Origin: Pecten maximus
Taxonomy: Eukaryota
Direction of reading: 5' to 3'
Assembly (NCBI RefSeq): GCF_902652985.1
Contig: NC_047025.1
Location: 20,770,001-20,834,000 of the forward strand
Length of the DNA: 64,000 nucleotides
In this document: one piece after another, positions 1 through 13,000 of the stretch
Layout of the letters: the number at the start of each line of letters is the position of its first letter
How positions within the stretch are numbered: position 1 is the first letter of the stretch
Made by a program: the position numbers and the translations under genes
The notes under the pieces: model-generated
What the model saw: the letters and a program-made list of their open reading frames with translations, nothing else
What the model was told of the DNA's origin: nothing
The model's database searches: none

Positions 1-740
1 TAACGGGTCGCGCACTATTGACGTCCTCTTCATCAAGATTACAATTCATTTGTCCAAAACAGGTAATTTTACATGCAGCATAATTTCGTACAAAAAATAT
101 AACAACTCTGAATTACGAGTGAATCTTTCCTTCCAAAGATTGTACTAAGCGTACTGGTAGTAAACAGAATTTAAGTCTGTTTCAAAACAAAACTCAATAA
201 ATACATATTAAGCCTACCTAAGGTCATGGTATCCAGTTACGAATTGGAGAAAGGGGAGCAGGGTGTGTTTGATCTATCAATAACTTCAGACTTGCAGTAC
301 AAAAAGATAGATTTATGTACATGTAACTTAAATTTTGTGAAAACGCTTAGTCACTGTAACGATACTTCCTCTTTTGAAAAATGTCTTTTTATTTTTTACT
401 CAAGTTACTGATCCAGGAAGTCAATATTCCACGTTTCATTTTCCTCCTTTATAAGTTTGTAATTATTAACATAACACAATATCTATTTCCAGTTTGATAA
501 CACTGTAAAGTTGGGTGATTATGCATGACGAGGCTGTTTCTTAATAACTGTTGACTCGGAGTTTGATATAACCTAATTGAGCGTAATTCACCGTACCTTA
601 ACTTACCTCAGTAATATACGCCCACCTGTACCTATCAACGGACTATATATACAGACTTTTATCATTGGTCCAAGTATAATTTGAAATCACTTTGTTAAAA
701 TAAATTTATTAATTAGTTTATTTCTTAGTACGTCAAGCTA

Positions 741-2056
741 CGGGGGCTGATTGATATGTTGTGAGCCTCATATTGAAGAATTTGAATTTTGCCGGACATA
801 TTGTATTCTTTTTCAACATAACCCCTTCAGTATCTATACACTTTTGCCAGCGGTATTTAAGGGCCTCAATGCCACTTGTATAGAGCTCCTCTTCTTGGCT
901 GTTCAGAAAGTCAACCACTGAATGTATGACGCCATCATCGGACTGAAAATGGGGTGGCTGAAATAGCTGCTTTCAGTTTTGAAAATAGATGAAAGTCTGA
1001 TGGAGCGAATCAGGTGAATAAAGCGAATGCTCAATCAATTTAAAGCCACAATTGTGAATGGCAGCCATGGCAATGACAGACTTGTGAACAGGAGCATTGC
1101 CCTGATTGAATGATACACCTTTAGTGAGCTTTCCACGGCGCTTAAGTTTAATATTTCCCTGTAACTGCCTCAGAAGTGAAGCATAGTATGTGTCATTGAT
1201 TGTTTGTCCCATTTGGAGATGATCGATCTGCAAAATACCATTTGCATCTCAGAAAACCGAGGCCATAACCTTCCCTGCTGATGGAACACTCTTTGCCTTC
1301 TTTGGCGGGGGAGAGCCAGAGTGCTTCCATTATTTCGATTGTTGTTTGGCCTCTAGTGTAAAATGATGGACCCATGTTTCTTCCATAGTGACAAATCACA
1401 GAAGAAAGTGGGCAGGATCTTCCTCAAAAAGGTGGTTAAGATTAGCACGCGATAATGTGCGCCTGGTGTGCTTCTGATCAACTGTCAGAAGTCTTAGTAC
1501 CCAACGGGCCGAAAGATTTCTCCTTGCAAGATCCTCGGTCAGAACGGAATGTACTCTTTCCTGTGAAATGCCTACTCCACTGGCTATATATCTTTCTGTG
1601 ACTCGTCTGTCGGTCATAACAATATCATGAACTTTATGAACCATTTCTGTGGTTGCAACATTGACAGGCCTTCCAGGACGATGGGGGGGGGGGGGGGGGG
1701 GGGGGGGGGCATCCTCAAGGTTCTGTCGGCGCGCTTAAATTCCGCCACCCACCTTTCACTGTAGCATATGAAGGGGCATCTTTCCCTAGTGTTGCTACCA
1801 TATCATTATGGATATCCTTTGGTGTTAAACCATTTTAATGAAAATATTGGATCACTGCTCTTTCACCGATTTTGTCCATTTTGCAAAAGCCGCTTGTCTT
1901 GTTTACTTTAGAGTGCTACCTCGTCGATATAAACTACCCAAATTAGACCAGTCCTTGGGTTCACGGCCCTATATAGTCAGAGATAGTAGGACTTAAAAAG
2001 TACATCTTTGAGTACCTCCTTCAATACGAGGCTCACAACATATTAATCATCCCTCG
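741..2056 (-). mobile_element. Full-length degenerate mariner (Tc1/mariner) DNA transposon, ~1.3 kb
   Basis: Imperfect ~38-bp TIRs: cgggggctgattgatatgttgtgagcctcatattgaag at 741 versus the reverse complement ending at 2056 (4 mismatches). TA on both sides (739-740, 2057-2058). Length is typical of mariner and transposase remnants lie inside. Confidence 0.95.
800..1879 (-). pseudogene. Mariner transposase pseudogene (stops and frameshifts)
   Basis: ATG at 1879 reads MDKIGERAVIQYFH*NGLTPKDIH. Fragments include an HTH (DRRVTERYIASGVGISQERVHSVL), WVLRLL (WVPRLL motif), VTMEETW (TGDETW-like), NQGNAPVH (HDNA-like), YSPD and RWQKCI. Broken across ORFs 733-918, 973-1233 and 1396-1644. The 3' coordinate is approximate. 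Confidence 0.92.
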
Positions 2057-2184
2057 TACGTTATTTAACGCATGTGTGACCTAGACTTAACAGACACCAA
2101 GCGTATGCCCACCGTCCAAACACATCTTACCTTTAACCTTGTTCAACTTTCAGTCCTTAGTTCCTAGTATATCTTCGTTTAAAA

Positions 2185-3730
2185 CTGTGTTGTTGTCCAA
2201 AGTTCCGGTTATTGGTATGATATCAAACTTTGTTGTTGTCCATAGTTCCGGTTATTGGTTTGATATCAAACTTTGTTGTTGTCCAAAGTTCCGGTTATTG
2301 GTTTGATATCAAACTTTGTTGTTGTCCAAAGTTCCGGTTATTGGTATGATATCAAACTTTGTTGTTGTCTGAAGTTCCGGTTATTGGTATGATATCAAAC
2401 TTTGTTGTTGTCCAAAGTTCCGGTTATTGGTTTGATATCAAACTTTGTTGTTGTCCAAAGTTCCGGTTATTGGTTTGATATCAAACTTTGTTGTTGTCCA
2501 AAGTTCCGGTTATTGGTATGATATCAAACTTTGTTGTTGTCTGAAGTTCCGGTTATTGGTTTGATATCAAACTTTGTTGTTGTCCAAAGTTCCGGTTATT
2601 GGTATGATATCAAACTTTGTTGTTGTCCAAAGTTTCGGTTATTGGTTTGATATCAAACTTTGTTGTTGTCCAAAGTTCCGGTTATTGGTTTGATATCAAA
2701 CTTTGTTGTTGTCCAAAGTTCCGGTTATTGGTATGATATCAAACTTTGTTGTTGTCCAAAGTTTCGGTTATTGGTTTGATATCAAACTTTGTTGTTGTCC
2801 AAAGTTCCGGTTATTGGTTTGATATCAAACTTTGTTGTTGTCCAAAGTTCGGTTATTGGTTTGATATCAAACTTTGTTGTTGTCCAAAGTTTCGGTTATT
2901 GGTTTGATATCAAACTTTGTTGTTGTCCAAAGTTCCGGTTATTGGTTTGATATCAAACTTTGTTGTTGTCCAAAGTTCCGGTTATTGGTTTGATATCAAA
3001 CTTTGTTGTTGTCCAAAGTTCCGGTTATTGGTATGATATCAAACTTTGTTGTTGTCCAAAGTTCCGGTTATTGGTTTGATATCAAACTTTGTTGTTGTCC
3101 AAAGTTTCGGTTATTGGTATGATATCAAACTTTGTTGTTGTCCAAAGTTCCGGTTATTGGTTGATATCAAACTTTGTTGTTGTCCAAAGTTCCGGTTATT
3201 GGTTGATATCAAACTTTGTTGTTGTCCAAAGTTCCGGTTATTGGTATGATATCAAACTTTGTTGTTGTCCAAAGTTTCGGTTATTGGTTTGATATCAAAC
3301 TTTGTTGTTGTCCAAAGTTCCGGTTATTGGTTTGATATCAAACTTTGTTGTTGTCTGAAGTTCCGGTTATTGGTATGATATCAAACTTTGTTGTTGTCTG
3401 AAGTTCCGGTTATTGGTTTGATATCAAACTTTGTTGTTGTCCAAAGTTCCGGTTATTGGTATGATATCAAACTTTGTTGTTGTCCAAAGTTCCGGTTATT
3501 GGTTTGACATCAAACTTTGTTGTTGTCCAAAGTTCCGGTTATTGGTTTGATATCAAACTTTGTTGTTGTCCAAAGTTCCGGTTATTGGTTTGATATCAAA
3601 CTTTGTCGTTGTCCAAAGTTCCGGTTATTGGTTTGATATCATATTTTGTTGTTGTTCAAAGTTCTGGTTTTTGGTTTGACATCGAACTTCGTATTGTTGT
3701 CCAAAGTTAATATAAGTTGATATCAAACTT
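2185..3730. repeat. Minisatellite, 43-bp unit (gatatcaaactttgttgttgtccaaagttccggttattggttt), ~34 copies, right edge degenerate
   Basis: Period of 43 read directly (gatatc at 2219, 2262, ...). Confidence 0.97.
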
Positions 3731-4709
3731 TGTTCCGAAGTTGTTGGTTTAATACATGTATCGTGTTCTTTTAAACAAAAGAATAAATTTTCGCTGTTTA
3801 ACTCGACTATAAACACCTAGTCGCTGACGTGTCCTGCCGGACGAAACAGCTGTATGATGCAGTTAAATTCATTTTGGCTCTGCTGTTTTTAACTCTTAAT
3901 TCGCTTTGAAGGTGTTAATATCTTGTGTGTTTTTTGTACAATTAGTTCGCCATCTTCCTCGGACTTGGTTGCAGACGTTTCGAGTTACATGAACGATGCC
4001 AACGACAGCTTTACGGGTACCGACACTGCCACATAAAACTCCATTGAGCATTGGTGTGCGGTGATCACTCCGGCTTATTTTACGGAGAGTCAAGTTTTAT
4101 GAGTGGAAAAGAAAGTCGGTCCACGGTATTGGTCGATAGATTTATCAGGTCGGGTACGATTTCGGAAATTTATCATCTCCATCAGGCCATTGTTATTAAG
4201 ATTATAAATCTAAAAACCGTCCGGTGAGTGATCCAATGACTTGTTTATAGGAAACAAATTACTCTCTAAAATCTTATAATTTGTCAAATATTTTGTTTTA
4301 AAAGGCAAATGTGTTATTCTTACAATTCCTTTTTGCAATGTTTCAGAATTTGCAGTTTCAAAGTCTTGAGTATTTGATATCAAATAACTATTTCCAGACA
4401 CTGGCGTATTCGATTTCATCATAATTCTACAAATCGTCGTGTCATCCACGTTTTTTATTGCCAGTAGTTTTCTTTCGATGATTTACTGTACAAATGTAGC
4501 TTCTAAATCAAAACTCCCGCGGATATTTCGGAAAATCAATTTCCTGAAGGGAAAATGTGTTCAGGTTATACATTGTCTGCCTTACGTAATAAATACACAA
4601 AACGAAGAGACACGTGGAGGACATTTTTTACGTGTACGTATAATGTAACCCATGTCGGAGTGAGAAATTAGCATGCTGTCTCTTTCTCTCTGCAGACACA
4701 GGAAAACAG

Positions 4710-5260
4710 CGGATGTTGGTGTCGCCTGGACATCAGATCTCTCATGACCATGTCTGGTGGTGTCATTTTGACATCTGGGGGCCGCGGTGGCGGAATTTCG
4801 CCTTCCACGTGAGGTAGTTTCCTCCACTCCAGAAACATGACCCGTCTTTTAATGACCCTGGCTGTTATAGGACGTTAAACAATGTAAACCAAACTAAACC
4901 AAATAACATGAGGCCCCACATGACCGTAGTTATCGATGTGGCCAGGACAACAGACCTCACATGACCATGACTGTTGGTGTCACCTTGGCATCAGACCTCA
5001 CATAACTGTGACTGTTGATGTCCATGGACAACATACCTCACATGACCGTGGCAGATGTTGTCACCAGGACAACATACCTCACATGAGCGTGGCAGATGTT
5101 GTCACCTGGGCAACAAACCTCACATGACCGTAACTGATGGTGTCACCTGGACAACAGACCTCACATGGCCGTGGCAGATGTTGTCACCTGGACAACAAAC
5201 CTCACATGACCGTGGCTGTTGGTGTCACCTAGGCATCATATTTCACATGACTTTGACTGT
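4710..5260. repeat. Old degenerate ~41-bp minisatellite (gtcacctggacaacagacctcacatgaccgtggcagatgtt), ~9-10 copies, interrupted by a SINE
   Basis: cctcaca recurs at 4955, 4996, 5036, 5077, 5118, 5159 and 5200. A related copy lies at ~4710-4775. Confidence 0.85.
4777..4903 (+). mobile_element. Internally deleted tRNA-derived SINE
   Basis: Head ggggccgcggtggc (tRNA-like start/A box). Tail taatgaccctggctgttataggacgttaaac...(aaacc)n is shared with the inverted SINE at 5600-5985. Confidence 0.7.
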
Positions 5261-5599
5261 TGCGGGGACGTTACACGTGTATTCGGTCACATTTACTTAC
5301 AGACATCCGTTTCATTGTCACACACATTTCGCCTTCAACCGGTACAGATGTATATCCGTGTTATAAATAACAAATTGACCCAGTCAAAAGTTTAACTATG
5401 TATTATAGATATCTGAAATGTTTACGAGATTTTGTGTGTCAATAAGCTATTTACTTTGTTTTTAAGATATCTTATTTGAAGTTGATGCAATACCTTTTAT
5501 TCGGTATCTTATTTAAAAAGTACATGGTATCAATATCTCATATAAATTGATGACATGCTGAACCAGTATTGCCTCAGGAATGAGTATTGCTTGCCATAG

Positions 5600-5985
5600 T
5601 TTGGCTTGGTTTTGCACTGTTTAACGTCCTATCAACAGCTATGGCCTCCCCTGTGTACGGGATGCGTGTGTGGTGAGTGTGTGTGATTTCGGAGGCTGTG
5701 GTATGTTCGTTTTTGTCTCCTTGTGTTATTGAGAAACTAATGCCGACTTTATGGTGCTACCTCCCTGAAACATTCTGCTGAAACACCCAGCAGGACACCC
5801 CACTGGTCACATTGTTCTGACAACGGGCGAACTAGTCTTCCCATTCACAAAAATGCCGATCGATATGCAGGAATAGCAACAACCATTTTTACAGAGTCGG
5901 GTATGTCATGGCCAGGGCACGATTCCATAGCCTTCCCCCACAAGGAAGAGCGCTCAACTAAAGGCCACAAGTGAGGCACTGTCGT
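5600..5985 (-). mobile_element. tRNA-derived SINE, near full length (molluscan MetaSINE-like by recollection)
   Basis: Minus strand shows an A-box-like tggcctttagttgagcg, a B-box-like ggaatcgtgccc, a central gttcgcccgttgtcagaacaatgtgacc...ttcagggaggtagcaccataaag, and a 3' tail gctgttgataggacgttaaacagtgcaaaaccaagccaaa. Confidence 0.78.
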
Positions 5986-6295
5986 CAAAATGAGACAGAA
6001 AGAATAAAGTTTCCAGAGAGAAGAGAAAAGACAAGATTCCACATTCCGTCGCCTCTAAAAATGACTTACGCTCGACCTGAAGAGCCGTACTACCTAAGCA
6101 ATCATCACTTAACACCACTACAAAGTAAATTGTAACTACTATGGGAAATATTGGACGCAGTCATGTATTAAGGAAGGTTTTACCATGCATTTTTATTATT
6201 TAACATTTCAGTAGATTTCAACACTTGGAAAACTAAACAATACTTTTTATTTTAAACTTTCGGGTACTCCTGTCAAGAGTGTATGGACATCTAGA

Positions 6296-8274
6296 TGTCT
6301 GGGTCAGTATCACACAGTAAAACTGTCACACTGACGTTGTCTGGGTCAGTATATCACAGTAAAACTGTCAGACAGACGTTGTCTGGGTCAGTATCACACA
6401 GTAAAACTGTCAGACTGAAATTGTCTGGGTCAGTATCACACAGTAAAACTATCAGACGGACATTGTCTGGGTCAGTATCACACAGTAAAACTGTCAGACT
6501 GACATTGTCTGGGTCAGTATCACACAGTAAAACTATCAGACGGACATTGTCTGGGTCAGTATCACACAGTAAAACTGTCAGACTGACATTGTCTGGGTCA
6601 GTATCACACAGTAAAACTGTCAGACTGACATTGTCTTGGTCAGTATCACTCAGTAAAACTGTCAGACTGACATTGTCTGAGTCAGTATCACACAGTAAAA
6701 CTGTCAGACTGACATTGTCTGGGTCAGTATCACACAGTAAAACTGTCAGACTGACATTGTCTGGGTCAGTATCAAAGAGTAAAACTGTCAGACTGACATT
6801 GTCTGGGTCAGTATCACACAGTAAAACTGTCAGACTGACATTGTCTGGGTCAGTATCACACAGTAAAACTGTCACACTGACATTGTCTGGGTCAGTATCA
6901 CACAGTAAAACTGTCAGACTGACATTGTCTGGGTCAGTATCACACAGTAAAACTGTCAGACTGACATTGTCTCGGTCAGTATCACAGTAAAACTGTCAGA
7001 CTGACATTGTCTTCGTCAGTATCACACAGTAAAACTGTCAGACGGACATTGTCTGGGTCAGTATCACACAATAAAACTGTCAGACGGACATTGTCTGGGT
7101 CAGTATCACACAGTAAAACTGTCAGACGGACATTGTCTGGGTCAGTATCACACAGTAAAACTGTCAGACTGACATTGTCTGGATCAGTATCACTCAGTAA
7201 AACTGTCAGACGGACATTGTCTGGGTCAGTATCACACAGTAAAACTGTCAGACGGACATTGTCTGGGTCAGTATCACACAGTAAAACTGTCAGACGGACA
7301 TTGTCTGGGTCAGTATCACACAGTAAAACTGTCAGACTGACATTGTCTGGATCAGTATCACACAGTAAAACTGTCAGACGGACATTGTCTGGGTCAGTAT
7401 CACACAGTAAAACTGACAGACTGACGTTTTCTGGGTCAGTATCACACAGTAAATCTGTCAGACTGACGTCGTCTGGGTCAGTATCACACAGTAAAACTGT
7501 CAGACTGACATTATCTGGATCAGTATCACACAGTAAAACTGTCAGACTGACATTGTCTGGGTCAGTATCACACAGTAAAACTGTCAGACTGACATTGTCT
7601 GAGTCAGTATCACACAGTAAAACTGTCAGACTGACATTGTCTGAGTCAGTATCACACAGTAAAACTGTCAGACTGACATTGTCTGGGTCAGTATCACACA
7701 GTAAAACTGTCAGACTGACATTGTCTGAGTCAGTATCACACAGTAAAACTGTCAGACAGACATTGTCTGGGTCAGTATCACACAGTAAAACTATCAGACT
7801 GGCATTGTCTGGGTCAGTATCACACAGTAAAACTGTCAGACTGACAGTTGCCTGGGTCAGTATCACACAGTAAAACTGTCAGACTGACGTTGTCTGGGTC
7901 AGTATCACACAGTAAAACTGTCAGACTGACATTGTCTGGGTCAGTATCACACAGTAAAACTGTCATACTGACATTGTCTGGGTCAGTATCACACAGTAAA
8001 ACTGTCAGACTGACATTGTCTGGGTCAGTATCACACAGTAAAACTGTCAGACTGACATTGTCTGGGTCAGTATCACACAGTAAAACTGTCACACTGACAT
8101 TGTCTGGGTCAGTATCACACAGTAAAACTGTCAGACTGACGTTGTCTGGGTCAGTATCACACAGTAAAACTGTCAGACTGACATTGTCTGGGTCAGTATC
8201 ACACAGTAAAACTGTCAGACTGACATTGTCTGGGTCATTATCACATAGTAAAACTGTCAGACAGACATTGTCTG
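6296..8274. repeat. Minisatellite, 42-bp unit (gtctgggtcagtatcacacagtaaaactgtcagactgacatt), left block, ~47 copies
   Basis: Direct periodicity, matched by the 14-aa repeat in the ORF track. Confidence 0.98.
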
Positions 8275-8766
8275 AGGTAGCAGTGTACAGTAAAAATGCC
8301 AAATTCTGAAAAATATGGCACATGCTTTAGATATGTAAACATTGCCAGTTAACCTTACATATAACCTCTAATAAAGTATATATATTTGAAATCTGTACAA
8401 CATTTGCAATTTTAATAGAGCTCTGAAGGATAAGTAAACTGATATTTTCTGTGATTTTTAGAGCTGTGAATACCATGGTAACAGCTTAAAAAATTCTCAA
8501 AAATTGCAAAATATTATGATATTTGACCCAAAATGGCACAATTCTCTACACAATTTTTTTTCTGAGACCTATTTAAAATTAAATATCTCTATCCCAAAGA
8601 CAGAATTAATCTTGTTTGGACATATGTTGTAAATTAAGTTTTTCCGCTATCTTACCTTTTCTGTGGGCTTCCATTTTGCGCTGTAGGCCAAACTAAATTT
8701 CCTGTGTAAACACACGTTCGGAAAATCCGGATATTTAAAATCCGGAACCAATTTATTGATTTTTGT
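8275..8766. mobile_element. ~490-bp non-repeat insert splitting the 42-bp array; probable fragment of a non-autonomous DNA transposon
   Basis: Unique AT-rich sequence flanked by the same satellite on both sides. It starts aggtagcagtgtac, resembling the (tta)aggtagca ends of TTAA-targeting Kolobok-type elements (from recollection). No matching right TIR. Confidence 0.45.
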
Positions 8767-10408
8767 TATCACACAGTAAAACTGTCACACTGACATTGTC
8801 TGGGTCAGTATCACAGTAAAACTGTCAGACTGACATTGTCTGGGTCAGTATCACACAGTAAAACTGTCAGACTGGCATTGTCTGGGTCAGTATCACACAG
8901 TAAAAACTGTCAGACTGACATTGTCTGGGTCAGTATCACACAGTAAAACTGTCAGACGGATATTGTCTGGGTCAGTATCACACAGTAAAACTGTCAGACT
9001 GACATTGTCTGGGTCAGTATCACACAGTAAAACTGTCAGACTGACATTGTCTGGGTCAGTATCACACAGTAAAACTGTCAGACTGACATTGTCTGGGTCA
9101 GTATCACACAGTAAAACTGTCAGACAGACATTGTCTGGGTCAGGATTACACAGTAAACTGTCAGACTGACATTGTCTGGGGTCAGTATCACACAGTAAAA
9201 CTGTCAGACTGACATTGTCTGGGTCAGTATCACACAGTAAAACTGTCAGACTGACTTGTCTGGGGTCAGTATCACACAGTAAAACTGTCACACTGACGTT
9301 GTCTGGGCCAGTATCACACAGTAAAAACTGTCAGACTGACATTGTCTGGGTCAGTATCACACAGTAAAACTGTCAGACGGACATTGTCTGGTCAGTATCA
9401 CACAGTAAAACTGTCAGACTGACATTGTCTGGGTCAGTATCACACAGTAAAACTGTCAGACTGACATTGTCTGGGTCAGTATCACACAGTAAAACTGTCA
9501 GACTGACATTGTCTGGGTCAGTATCACACAGTAAACTGTCAGACTGATATTGTCTGGGTCAGTATCACACAGTAAAACTGTCAGACTGACATTGTCTGGG
9601 TCAGTATCACACAGTAAAACTGTCAGACTGACATTGTCTGGGTCAGTATCACACAGTAAAACTGTCAGACTGACATTGTCTGGGTCAGTATCACACAGTA
9701 AAACTGTCAGACTGACATTGTCTGGGTCAGTATCACACAGTAAAACTGTCAGACTGACATTGTCTGGGTCAGTATCACACAGTAAAACTGTCAGACTGAC
9801 ATTGTCTGGGTCAGTATCACACAGTAAAACTGTCAGACTGACATTGTCTGGGTCAGTATCACACAGTAAAACTGTCAGACTGACATTGTCTGGGTCAGTA
9901 TCACACAGTAAAACTGTCAGACTGACATTGTCTGGGTCAGTATCACACAGTAAAACTGTCAGACTGACATTGTCTGGGTCAGTATCACACAGTAAAACTG
10001 TCAGACTGACATTGTCTGGGTCAGTATCACACAGTAAAACTGTCAGACTGACATTGTCTGGGTCAGTATCACACAGTAAAACTGTCAGACTGACATTGTC
10101 TGGGTCAGTATCACACAGTAAAACTGTCAGACTGACATTGTCTGGGTCAGTATCACACAGTAAAACTGTCAGACTGACATTGTCTGGGTCAGTATCACAC
10201 AGTAAAACTGTCAGACTGACATTGTCTGGGTCAGTATCACACAGTAAAACTGTCAGACTGACATTGTCTGGGTCAGTATCACACAGTAAAACTGTCAGAC
10301 TGACATTGTCTGGGTCAGTATCACACAGTAAAACTGTCAGACTGACATTGTCTGGGTCAGTATCACACAGTAAAACTGTCAGACTGACATTGTCTGGGTT
10401 AGTATCAC
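8767..10408. repeat. Minisatellite, 42-bp unit, right block, ~39 copies; the last ~20 are essentially identical
   Basis: Direct periodicity, with a perfect run over ~9550-10395. Confidence 0.98.
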
Positions 10409-12894
10409 ATATTTTTCCATTAGAAAATATCGTAATGAACGAACAACCCTGCCATATGTGTATCTGTGTTTTGGGTTTTTTTTTAACCCGTTGCCGACGG
10501 TTAAAGGAGTTAAAATCTGCACACACAAAGTGGAAGATAATTTTTTGACATCCATGTAGGCATGTATTCGCGTGGTTTAAGACTAGATTTGCATATCTTA
10601 GAATATGTATAGAATTGTTCTTTGTTAAAATTTCAATGACATCGGACTTAATGTCCCGAAGCGTTTCAATCGAGCACTAATGATGCCAATGAGTAGTTCC
10701 TTGCACGATCACCATAGCAGCTGCAATAACATTTGAAACGTTTCCTATTTGGGTGCCGACACATTTAAGCTCCGTGCGACTTTTTCACACTTAAATCCAT
10801 TAAAGTGGGTATTGTGTCATCACCGCTCGCATGCTTCCCGTCTTTAGGAAGTTTTTATATTCGACATTTCGCCAGTTACTGCCCCTTTGCGTGCATAAAA
10901 TGGCTGTGCAGCCTGTCAGGATGGGTGTGGCTCAAACCATTACAATGTCTGTCAAAATGTCGTCTGCTTCTTTACCTCCCATGTGTTCCTGGAAATCTCC
11001 AATAACGTTTCAGGAGCAAAGTTCTGAATTTGATTTTTTCTCAATGACCATAAATACGGGCCGGTCATATACACCACTAAAAATCGGCACCTACGGAATT
11101 CCGGAATTTAATTATAACCCGGATGTCTCGTTAAAGACACGTTGAACACGTGATGACGGGGTTTGCTCGTGTGAGAATTCCCATCATGGAGAGGACATAC
11201 CATATGGTACTGCGATGCGCATGTCACTGATGTATGCGGCCCCTATTGGCAGACCCCTGGGTCCAATATTTTAACGACGCGAGGTTTGGTTTCGGAGCAT
11301 AAATCAAAAGTTAAACGATGACGCACCCTGAAGTCATCCCTGGTCATCGATCAGTAAAATTGCCCTAAGTCATTAGAAGTTTTAAATAAATAATGCAATC
11401 GATAACGACCTTTGGACTCCGTGTTCGATGTATACAGAGGGCATTCAAAAACCAACATCCATTTCACTTGGAGAAATCAAGATAATTTGATTTCATTACA
11501 GTGAGCACATTCCATTAAAATCTCTATGTGACTAAAATTGTTTGCCGTATCCTTGGTAACAATTTGCTCTTTCACCCTATCAGACGTGCGCTATTTGTTA
11601 TCCTCGGAGTGGATGTTCGCTTGCTGTCATAGCCACCGAGTTGTATCGAGAACTGCGCTGCGTTAATTGAGTGTTCGATACACTAATTGTATAACTCACA
11701 CGACACTCTATGGATCATATGTAGAGGTCTCCCGTAGTGCGTTGTTTGCCTTCAGTTTACCCAAATGGAATCTATATTATCAATGTACGGTGTTGTTGGA
11801 GCTCCGTCCACATGTACCCCAAGGCTGTATGGATAGCATAGACGGGAGGCATTAATCAGTAAATTATAGGACGTTAAAGCAGACTTGTTGACTCATTACA
11901 CTTTTTGCGATCCTTAATTGAATAATTGCTAATGTACGTCTCCAGTCACGCGCAACATTGATTGGGTAGATATAACAGACTGGGTACAATTTTGATTGAT
12001 TAAAGTGACACATTGACTGTGTTTTAATAGACTATACTCTAATGTTACTGGGAAATCCCCGAGTCACACCTGTCTTGAGCGTGATAAAATATATTTGGAA
12101 TTTATTTGAAGAACTTGCCAATTCATCAAACAGTCATTAAAACTGAGTGGAGTGGACTTGTATCCATTATAATGTAATACTTTACTTATATCAATGAACC
12201 GTTATGTATGTTTTATATGTCTCTTCTGTAATTAAAACTGTACAAAACACTCTTGATTTTATTAGAATTGAATCGATCTTAAGCATATCGAGACTGTCTA
12301 GAAAAATTCTGAATGTTATGGTGCATATGCTCACAATTGATGTTGCAAAGTCGACCATTTATAAAACGTTCAGAAGAAGTAAAAACGTGGAGCCTCTTAC
12401 AGAATTATGACATTTCTTTTGTGACATCTACTGGAGACAGGAAGATTAATAAAAATAGATATACTGCACCTAAGTCAACAAAATGTTCCTTCCCTTCCGT
12501 TTGTCTGGTGACCCTAACTGGACCGAAAGGGTCGCTAGTTCGAGACCCAGCAAGGCAATTATGTTGTATGAAAATGTCATGTGTGCTTTAAGTCTAGACT
12601 ACAAATGCGTTAAGTGGCGTAGCTTAACGTACTCAGAAATAGCCACGGTAAACACAATTAAACTACGTAAAAGTAAATTACAGAAGGCTAAACTAGGACC
12701 AATAATGATATATGTGTGTGTTTAAGTCTGTTGATTGGTATCGGTAGAAGTAGGTTAAAGTATGTTACTGAAATACAGTCAAGTACTCCAAATACTTCAA
12801 ACATTTTGTTCATGTCGTAGTTATCTTTGAAGGTGGTCAAAAGATCATTTGTCATTCTCCAAAGGATTTTACAAATTATGCTGAAGTTCAGCAT

Positions 12895-13000
12895 GTTATT
12901 TCTAAGTATGCTGCGATATTTAACGCGTGTGTGACCTAGGTTTAGTCGTTTGCGCTGAAATGGCAGCTCCGACTGCATGTTCCCCTGGGAGATGAAAAAG
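12895..13000 (+). mobile_element. Short dispersed-repeat remnant, possibly from a Deu/Nin-domain SINE
   Basis: tgcgctgaaatggcagctccgactgcatgttcccctgggagatga resembles the Deu-domain consensus as I recall it. 12895-12945 is homologous to the sequence flanking the mariner insertion. Confidence 0.4.

Noticed and set aside
6295-10548. Long ORFs (up to 342 aa) on both strands
   Set aside because: Pure translations of the 42-bp satellite, with frameshifting indels between blocks and no unique domain or splice context.
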